NCBI GenBank assembly: GCA_964464605.1
Contig: CAYXJN010000004.1
Location: forward strand, 124,001-188,000
DNA from: an uncultured Ignavibacteriales bacterium
GTDB taxonomy: Bacteria; Zixibacteria; MSB-5A5; GN15; FEB-12
Reading direction: 5' to 3'
Length of the DNA: 64,000 nucleotides
Each line of letters starts with the position of its first letter. Position 1 is the stretch's first letter. The position numbers and the translations under genes were made by a program. The notes beneath the pieces were generated by a model. That model saw nothing but the letters and a program-made list of their open reading frames with translations, was not told where the DNA came from and made no database searches. Shown one piece after another: positions 57,028 through 64,000 of this stretch.

Positions 57028-59043
57028 TTATTTCAAATACCGGTCAAACCACTTTTTAATCCATTGCAAACGCACAATGCGGCGATCGGGACGGCCATGA
57101 CGTGATAACCCGTGCGGTTCCTGCGGGAACCGCACCATCTCAACCGTTTTCTTCAGCACTTTCAATTTCACGAACATCTGTTCGGCCTGCTCGATATGAC
57201 AGCGAAGATCCTCTTCGTTGTGCAGAATCAGCACCGGTGTTTTCACTTTATGAAAGTACGTGATCGGGGAACGCTTTTCGTAGTTTTCCGGATTCGTCCA
57301 GGGATATCCGGCAAACTCACGGGCAAGTGACCAGCCGATATCCGATGATCCCACGAATGATTTCAAATCGCAGAGTGAGCGCATGGTGATTGCAGCTGCA
57401 AACCGGTTCGTATGACCGATTATCCAGTTGGTCATGTAACCGCCGTATGAGCCGCCGCCGACACCCATCTTTTTAGCATTCACATATGGCTGCTTTTCAA
57501 GCCAGTCGGCTGCCGCCATCACGTCGGCGTAATCGATATCCCCCCAGCCACCGGCGATAGCATCAGCCCATGTTTCCCCACGTCCATGTCCACCGCGCGG
57601 GTTGGTGTAGAAAACAACATAGCCGTTTGCCGCAAGATATTGCATTTCATGGAAGAAACTATGTGCATACTGAGCGCGTGGGCCACCATGAATCTGCAGA
57701 ATCGCAGGATACTTTTTGTTTCTGTTGAAATGCGGCGGTGTGACCAGCCAGCCTTGTATTTCTGTGCCGTCATAGCCTTTGAAACGAATATCACGGGTTC
57801 GTCCAAGTCGTTTTTCGGTTTTTAAGAATCGACTAAGCTGTGTATGCTGAACATATCGTTTCTCTCCACCGAATTCAGCAGGGAATGACATGATTTCACC
57901 CGGATTGGTTAAATCAGCATGCATCACCGCTGCAACTTTCCCTTTACCGGTTATGGAAAATAATTTGATGTGGCAGTCAGCTTTGAACACCCGAGTCGGT
58001 TTCCCGCCGCCGACGGGGATATAGTACAGATTGGTTGCGCCCGTATCTGACGAGATAAAGAAAATACGTTTGCTGTCGCCTGACCAATAGACCAGACCGG
58101 AATCACCGACCGATGCCGTATCGGTAATGGAACCGTCATATGCCATCCGGTCAAACTTCGGCATCAGGTCTTTCGCTTTCCCCTTGCCATCAGCCGAAAC
58201 TTTCCAGACATGGATATTGGTTACACCCCAGGCATCGTCTGGATTGGCGTGCCCTAAATACGCGATCAGTTTCCCGTTCGGTGAAAAGGCTGGAGCAGAA
58301 ACCGGGCCGGGAGGAGTCGGTATACGGCGCTCTTTACCACCCTTGAACGGAATGATAAACAGATCATCGAGCAAGGCATCGATATCCTGATCTTTCGCCC
58401 GGTTGGAATGGTATGCGATGTATTTACCATCCGGCGAAAGAGTCGCGCCAAGATTATCCCGTTTACCGGAAGTTATTTTGCGCAGTTTGGCTGTGGTTAA
58501 ATCAAGCGCATACACTTGAAACACATCTTTCGGTAAAAACCCGGCGCCATCTAAACGGTAGAATAAACGGGTAACGTGGCGATACACCGGCGGCTGTTTC
58601 TTTTTCGTTTCATCTTCGATGTAGTGCGAATCATTGTAGCGCATGCAGAACACCAGCTGCTTCCCATCCGGGGTCCATTGCAGATTGCTGACCGATGCTT
58701 CCAGTTCGGTAACTTTTTCTTCCGCGCCGCCGGAGGCAGAAATAATGTAAATGGCGAACCGTTTTTCACGTGCAGAACAAAATGCTATGCGCTTTCCGTC
58801 GGGTGACCAGATCGGCGAGGCATCATGTATTTTCCCGAACGTATACTGCTTCTGTTCACTGGTCGCGCGGTCGATAATCCACAGGTGGGCGTAGTAGCAG
58901 TTGTCCGTTTCATCCATCTGCTCACAGGTATAAGCAATCCGCCGTTCGTCGGGGGAGAGGGCTAACGCAGTCGGTAACCGAAACTTGAAAAGGTCATTTT
59001 CGACGATATACGGGCTTTTGCTTTGCTTCGATCGGGACTTCAT
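57028..59043 (-). CDS. S9-family (acylaminoacyl/dipeptidyl) peptidase
   Basis: PD40-like SPDG repeats, IHGGP, GGSYGG nucleophile, ED.RC, EPHG. Confidence 0.93.
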   Translation of the reverse strand: MKSRSKQSKSPYIVENDLFKFRLPTALALSPDERRIAYTCEQMDETDNCYYAHLWIIDRATSEQKQYTFGKIHDASPIWSPDGKRIAFCSAREKRFAIYIISASGGAEEKVTELEASVSNLQWTPDGKQLVFCMRYNDSHYIEDETKKKQPPVYRHVTRLFYRLDGAGFLPKDVFQVYALDLTTAKLRKITSGKRDNLGATLSPDGKYIAYHSNRAKDQDIDALLDDLFIIPFKGGKERRIPTPPGPVSAPAFSPNGKLIAYLGHANPDDAWGVTNIHVWKVSADGKGKAKDLMPKFDRMAYDGSITDTASVGDSGLVYWSGDSKRIFFISSDTGATNLYYIPVGGGKPTRVFKADCHIKLFSITGKGKVAAVMHADLTNPGEIMSFPAEFGGEKRYVQHTQLSRFLKTEKRLGRTRDIRFKGYDGTEIQGWLVTPPHFNRNKKYPAILQIHGGPRAQYAHSFFHEMQYLAANGYVVFYTNPRGGHGRGETWADAIAGGWGDIDYADVMAAADWLEKQPYVNAKKMGVGGGSYGGYMTNWIIGHTNRFAAAITMRSLCDLKSFVGSSDIGWSLAREFAGYPWTNPENYEKRSPITYFHKVKTPVLILHNEEDLRCHIEQAEQMFVKLKVLKKTVEMVRFPQEPHGLSRHGRPDRRIVRLQWIKKWFDRYLK

Positions 59044-59308
59044 GTCGACCTCGTCTCCATTAGTTCAAGTGATGAATGGAGAATAAGTTACGGAGCCGCC
59101 CCCCATTCAGGCAAGCGGGAAGATTTTCCGACTAACTGAATCAAAACATGGGATGAAATGTGATACGATAGGAACTTGTAGATTTCCATTGCCTTTTTAA
59201 AGAAAAACAATACTTTTCTGGAGCTTTTTTTGCCGGGGTATGCCATTTGGTTTTTCCGGCTAACTGATTGTGATGTAGTTTTATAATAATCATAAAGGAG
59301 TTACAAGC

Positions 59309-61603
59309 GTGGAAGTACTTGCATTGATTGACAAGGTTCGGAATTTCGACGGGAAGGTGGGAGCCAAGCCGAAAGATAACGAGCAACTTGCTGCTTATTC
59401 CGGCAAAACCCCGGCTGAATTGCGGAAGATGTTCCGTACCATGCTGTTGGCACGTCGTATCGAGCGGGAAGAAAAACTGCTGCTTCGTAAGGGATACAAC
59501 CGATTCTTCATCGGCTGCGGCGGTAAAGAAATGATAGACGTCTGCTTGTCAGACAATCTGAAAGTTACTGATCCGTTTATCGGCTACTATCGCAATAAAG
59601 CATTCGATCTGCATCGCGGCGCACCGATTTGGGATAAGATGCAGGAAGCGATCGGCGACAGAAATTCCCGCACCGGCGGTATGTCGATTCCGGCGCACCC
59701 GTCTTATCCGGAACTGTCTATTACTCCGCAAGCTTCGCCGACAGGAAGCCACGCTCTTGAAGCTGCCGGTTTAGCAGAGGCGATTAAGAATCGTACGGCT
59801 GTTTCCAAGCTGTCTCATTTCCCGGGTGGTGCGCATCCGGCTGATGCCATTACGCTCTGCTGTATCGGCGAAGGTTCAACCTCATCCACCGAATTTGGCC
59901 GTGCGGTGTTTTATACTGCGATGAGCCAGACCAGAAGTATCTGGGCGATTTACAACTGCGGCTGGGCTATTTCTACCTCGGTCGAAGAGCAGTATCCGTG
60001 CGGTGATCCGACGACCTTGTTTGAAGGATTTCAGAAGTTTGGTCTGAAAATTATTCAGGGTGACGGCACCGATATCAAAGACAGTCTGGCCAAAGTGAAA
60101 GAAGCAGTCGATTACACCCGTGCCGGTAAAGGCCCGGTCGTAATGAACATGAAAACCACCCGCGAAGGTTCACACTCCGGTTCAGATGATCAGTCATTCT
60201 ACATGGATCCGGTGGAACAGGATTGGCATACGTACAACGACTGTATTCTGAAAACAGCGAATACCTTCATTGCCGACGGTATCATGACGCCGAAGCAGAT
60301 CGGTGATTTGTGGGATGAATTGGACAAAGAAGTGTCCGAACAGTCGGCCAAAGCGGTTGCAGCGTTTACGCCCAAGGATCGTGCCTTTATCGAAGGTAAA
60401 GTCTACACCTACGACTTCGATAAAATTCAGGAAAAGTGGAAAGCATACCGCAGTCTGAACAAAGTCAATCGCGCCAACAAATACAAAGAATGGCATGAGA
60501 AGGGTTACTTCACCACTGCCGATCTTCCGGAAAATGCCGGCCCGATGACCATGCGTTTCGCGCTCAACTACACCTTGATGGATCTGTTTTTGTTAAGTGA
60601 AGATGTGCTGTTGTTCGGTGAAGACGTCGCCGATTTCTCCGGCCATATGATTCATGAAAAGGAAAAACAGGCGCACCTTAAGGGTAAAGGCGGCGTGTTC
60701 CTTGTCTCAAAAAACCTCCAGCGTGAGTTCGGTCCGACCCGCTGTTACAACACAGCGCTTGATGAAGCCGGTATTCTTGGCCGCGCGATCGGTCACTGCT
60801 ATCAGGGTCGTCGCCCGATACCTGAAATTCAGTTCCTTGACTATATGTCACCCGCCTACCAAGGCTTGAAGGATCGTATTGCTACCACCTACCAGCGCTC
60901 TAACGGTCAGTATCCGATGCCGATGGTCGTTCGCACGACATTCGGCGGTTACAAACAGGGTGCAGGCGCGTTCTGGCATTCGGAAAGCAATATGGGAACT
61001 TGGTTGAACATCCCCGGTCTTTTAGTGGTAACCCCGTCTAATGCGTGGGATGCCGCCGGTCTTTTGAAGACTGCCTGGGCCTGCGATGACCCGGTGCTTT
61101 TCTGTGAATCGGTTGCTCTGTACAATCGTCGTGACTGGGATGGCGTTCCAATGGAAACCGCAGTTCCGGATATCGATGAATTGATTCCGTTCGGTGTCGC
61201 AAAAGTATACGACGAGCAGAATACCGATGTCGCTATTATTACTTATGCCGCAACCGTGCAGATGTCCCGCAAAGCGTCCGAAGCCCTGAAGGAAAAAGGA
61301 ATCAACGTTCGTATCGTTGACCTGCGTACCTTGAAGCCGATGGATGAAGAAGCGATTCTCAAGTGCGCCAAGGAATGCGGTAAAGTGCTTGTTGTTACCG
61401 AAGATCGCTTCCCGGGCGGTGTGGCTGCGACTATCGCATCCGTTATCACCCGCGGCAAAGGATTGTTCGATCTTGAAGCGCCGGTCAGCCTGCTTACCGC
61501 TATTGACGCCCGCGTGGCGTACGGTATGGACGGTGACGCCGCCTGCATCCCGACCGTCGACAAGATTGTCGCCGCAGTGGAAGAACTGCACAACAACTAC
61601 TAA
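59309..61603 (+). CDS. Fused E1 alpha/beta 2-oxoacid dehydrogenase (branched-chain/pyruvate type)
   Basis: GTG start with AAGGAG RBS; GEG..N TPP motif, HSGSDD, FGEDV, EIQFLDY, DLRTLKP. Confidence 0.88.
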   Translation: MEVLALIDKVRNFDGKVGAKPKDNEQLAAYSGKTPAELRKMFRTMLLARRIEREEKLLLRKGYNRFFIGCGGKEMIDVCLSDNLKVTDPFIGYYRNKAFDLHRGAPIWDKMQEAIGDRNSRTGGMSIPAHPSYPELSITPQASPTGSHALEAAGLAEAIKNRTAVSKLSHFPGGAHPADAITLCCIGEGSTSSTEFGRAVFYTAMSQTRSIWAIYNCGWAISTSVEEQYPCGDPTTLFEGFQKFGLKIIQGDGTDIKDSLAKVKEAVDYTRAGKGPVVMNMKTTREGSHSGSDDQSFYMDPVEQDWHTYNDCILKTANTFIADGIMTPKQIGDLWDELDKEVSEQSAKAVAAFTPKDRAFIEGKVYTYDFDKIQEKWKAYRSLNKVNRANKYKEWHEKGYFTTADLPENAGPMTMRFALNYTLMDLFLLSEDVLLFGEDVADFSGHMIHEKEKQAHLKGKGGVFLVSKNLQREFGPTRCYNTALDEAGILGRAIGHCYQGRRPIPEIQFLDYMSPAYQGLKDRIATTYQRSNGQYPMPMVVRTTFGGYKQGAGAFWHSESNMGTWLNIPGLLVVTPSNAWDAAGLLKTAWACDDPVLFCESVALYNRRDWDGVPMETAVPDIDELIPFGVAKVYDEQNTDVAIITYAATVQMSRKASEALKEKGINVRIVDLRTLKPMDEEAILKCAKECGKVLVVTEDRFPGGVAATIASVITRGKGLFDLEAPVSLLTAIDARVAYGMDGDAACIPTVDKIVAAVEELHNNY

Positions 61604-61623
61604 GCCATTATCCGATATTCTGC

Positions 61624-61654
61624 AAAGACGCCGCCTAAAAGCGGCGTTTTTTTT
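61624..61654 (+). terminator. Intrinsic terminator
   Basis: ACGCCGC-CTAAAA-GCGGCGT followed by T tract. Confidence 0.85.
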
Positions 61655-61691
61655 CTGTGATTTTTTTGCGCTAGTGTGTAAAATGATTAGC

Positions 61692-62816
61692 ATGATTCAC
61701 CACCGGTTGTCGCGCACACTTACACTGTGCTCCGTTGTTTTGTTGTTTGTTTCATTCGGCTCAGCATTTGCGGACCGTCCGTCGCAGTATGGGTTGTCGC
61801 TTGCTTACCCGCGGCAGTTACTTGAAATAACGGATCAGGAAGGGTTTCCTCCGGTTTTATGTGAGAAAAATTTTCGTGTACAAATTACCGTCGATAAAAA
61901 AGGGAAGACAAAATCGGTACGTGCAGACAATCCCGCGGATTCAGGATATGCCGTAGCGATACGAAAGCATCTTGCCTCAATTCAATTTGAACCGGGGCTT
62001 GCGAATGGCAAACCGGTTGAGTGCGATCTGATTTTACATGTGCGCATCATACCGAATAACTTCCGGGTTGTGCTGAATGCACCGGTTAATGCCGACCTGT
62101 CGATAACAAGACAAACATTGTATTTTCAGAGCATCGAACTTAATGACATTACTCTCCCGCGTCTGGTGTCATTCCCGTCATATTGGTGCAACCTTACCAT
62201 GTCTGACAGTACCGACATTCAAAAGTTCATTCTGTTGGAAGTATCGGCAGGGAAAACGGGAGTGATAGAAAACATACAGGTCGTGCGATCCAATTATCCT
62301 GCATTCGAATCACAAGTGGTTGCGGCAGCTACCCGGGCAGTAATAACCCCGGCTTTAGTGAAAGGAAAACCGATCGCCGCTCATTTTTTTCTTTGCCTGA
62401 CCTTCTATCCCGGGAATAACTACCCGACGTTACCATTTACAGATCAAACCTTCGCCGCATTGCCGCTTCGTGAGCGCATACAGCTGCTCTGTCTTGCAGA
62501 TACTATTGGTTTGTTGTCCGGACCTATTCCAAAGTTCAATCCGGCGGAATCAGTTACGGGGGGAGATGAAGTGAAATGGCTGAACAACGATACCGTTGCG
62601 GTATACTTGGCTGTTAGCGCTACGGGTAAGGGGGGAGCGCTTCGGCATGATGAAATTTCGCCGAAAATGTCTGACTGGATTAGGAAAACTGCATCATGGA
62701 TGAGATTCTATCCGGCGCTGAACTACTCAGGTGAACAGTCGGCATTTGCCGAAACTGTCTATTTCATTTTTTCGGACAGTACAGCGGTACGAATTGTTTA
62801 CCCCTGGCTTCAGTAA
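61692..62816 (+). CDS. Secreted protein with repeated degenerate TonB C-terminal-like domains
   Basis: Signal peptide; FEPGLANGKPV, ITPALVKGKPI, FYPALNYSGE repeats. Confidence 0.6.
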   Translation: MIHHRLSRTLTLCSVVLLFVSFGSAFADRPSQYGLSLAYPRQLLEITDQEGFPPVLCEKNFRVQITVDKKGKTKSVRADNPADSGYAVAIRKHLASIQFEPGLANGKPVECDLILHVRIIPNNFRVVLNAPVNADLSITRQTLYFQSIELNDITLPRLVSFPSYWCNLTMSDSTDIQKFILLEVSAGKTGVIENIQVVRSNYPAFESQVVAAATRAVITPALVKGKPIAAHFFLCLTFYPGNNYPTLPFTDQTFAALPLRERIQLLCLADTIGLLSGPIPKFNPAESVTGGDEVKWLNNDTVAVYLAVSATGKGGALRHDEISPKMSDWIRKTASWMRFYPALNYSGEQSAFAETVYFIFSDSTAVRIVYPWLQ

Positions 62817-63084
62817 AGCTGTGAGTCAGCAGCCATGCTTAACTATCTATAAATCAATACATTACATCACGTCTTCATAGTCATTCTTTTTCGTGTCGCA
62901 TAAAGTGCGTTAGGATTCTGTCTGTACTATGAGGCTGCTTTTCGGGCAGTCTCGTATCTCCTTGTGGTTCAATAACAAATGAATTAACACCAGGCAGGGG
63001 AGTTTTGGCATGCGGTATGTCCCTACATTAACCCAGAAGTAGCCATGATCGGCTCAAGAGGGCCGACGAAGGACGGGAAGAAAG

Positions 63085-63384
63085 ATGCAGTACCAACGGT
63101 ATAACAAAGTAGAGCATCGGTTACGGCGCAGTGCCCGCGTGTTAGATAAGCTGGCCGTGTCGTTGCTGCTCGGCACCGGTTGGTATGTGTGGTTTGTGTT
63201 TGACTCACTCATAACCAATGCAACCGGGCTCGTGGTACTTATTGGTTGCAGTCTTTGTTTTGCCGGAACCTGTTTCGGAAAAGGAGTGAACATTCAGTTA
63301 TGGCTACGCATGTACACAGAGAGAACGACAGCCCTTCGGGCAATTTATCGCTTGACTTCACCGGGACGCCGGAACTTACTTTAG
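63085..63384 (+). CDS. Possible small membrane protein
   Basis: 99-aa ORF with two hydrophobic segments; no recognisable family. Confidence 0.3.
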   Translation: MQYQRYNKVEHRLRRSARVLDKLAVSLLLGTGWYVWFVFDSLITNATGLVVLIGCSLCFAGTCFGKGVNIQLWLRMYTERTTALRAIYRLTSPGRRNLL

Positions 63385-63410
63385 TTTTTACTAATTTTGG
63401 AACATCGTAC

Positions 63411-64000
63411 ATGAAAGAAGTTGTCAAAAGCGGTGACATCAAGGCACAGATTTGTGTCTTTTTACTGATATTTACTTCGTTTTTCATTGTCTGGAGTTCA
63501 TCTGCTCAAGCCGATGAACTAAAACCGGAAATTCAATCATTGCTCACCGGCGGTGATACGGCCAGAGCAATCCAGATGCTTAATAATGACATTTCAGTCG
63601 ACAAGTCCTATTACCTCAATTATTACACCCTCGGCCGGATTTATTATCAGCGTGAAGAATACACCAAAGCAAAAGAACAGTTCGCTCAGGCGGTGGCGCA
63701 TAAAGGAAAAGACTGGTCATCGCAGTATTACCTCGGTTTGTCTTATTTAAAACTGAATCAGCTCGATAGCGCCGCGGCGGTCATGGATGAAGGCCGTAAA
63801 AAAGCCAAAGGGGACAGCCACATTTTTGAAAACGGCTATGGCTTAGTTATGATGGCGAAAAAAGATTACGGCGAAGCCGACCGTGCGTTTCGTAAGGCGC
63901 TGTTAACCGAGCCGAAGAATATCGAATATCGTCTTAATTTAGGTGACGCGAATTTCTATCAGGGGGTTCCGTCATTGGCTATTGCCGAGTATGAACAGGC
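63411..64000 (+). CDS. Secreted TPR protein (3' truncated by window edge)
   Basis: Hand-translated MKEVVKSG...SSAQADELK...YYTLGRIYY..EEYTKAKEQF...YYLGLSY...LNLGDANF; in-frame alternative ATG at 63300. Confidence 0.85.
   Translation, partial: MKEVVKSGDIKAQICVFLLIFTSFFIVWSSSAQADELKPEIQSLLTGGDTARAIQMLNNDISVDKSYYLNYYTLGRIYYQREEYTKAKEQFAQAVAHKGKDWSSQYYLGLSYLKLNQLDSAAAVMDEGRKKAKGDSHIFENGYGLVMMAKKDYGEADRAFRKALLTEPKNIEYRLNLGDANFYQGVPSLAIAEYEQ

Noticed and set aside
61344..61691. Long N-terminal extension of the 61344-62816 ORF
   Set aside because: It overlaps the E1 gene and its terminator; the signal peptide begins at about 61692.
61022..61693. 223-aa antisense ORF and similar shadow ORFs across the window
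   Set aside because: They lie opposite well-supported genes and have no recognisable motifs or RBS.

Overview
Ordinary chromosomal window (about 50% GC) from a diderm, LPS-producing bacterium. Two secreted proteins end in paired 'D/NVxGx..I(T/A)xADLT(Y/F)xVxYLFNGG' dockerin-like repeats, one ends in an NYPNPFNP/FlgD-like tail, and lpxC is fused to fabZ. These traits suggest an FCB-related lineage such as Zixibacteria (inference). Gene content: a propionyl-CoA/methylmalonyl-CoA cluster, a phosphate porin plus PstS, a PilR-like sigma54 activator with a type IV pilin, a REP-flanked RAYT transposase, a lipid A cluster (lpxC-fabZ, lpxA, gnnA-like, lpxB, waaA, lpxK), nadB, guaA, trpS-scpA-scpB-rluB, dxr-rseP-lepB, ccmABCDE, a cobalamin riboswitch controlling a TonB receptor and a dockerin-bearing beta-propeller, an S9 peptidase and a fused E1 alpha/beta 2-oxoacid dehydrogenase. 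No rRNA, tRNA, CRISPR array or prophage was seen. The most unusual signals are: (1) the 44.5-44.8 kb intergenic region, which appears to hold two convergent small transcripts, one with 16 nt of complementarity to the 16S rRNA 3' end ahead of a 10-13 aa ORF; (2) two ATPase-less HisKA proteins, each behind a sigma28-type promoter; (3) a sigma-region-4/Zn-finger gene plus an RHH gene preceded by repeated palindromes; (4) an apparent stop-loss that runs a dehydrogenase through its own terminator. All calls come from reading motifs by eye; no searches were run.
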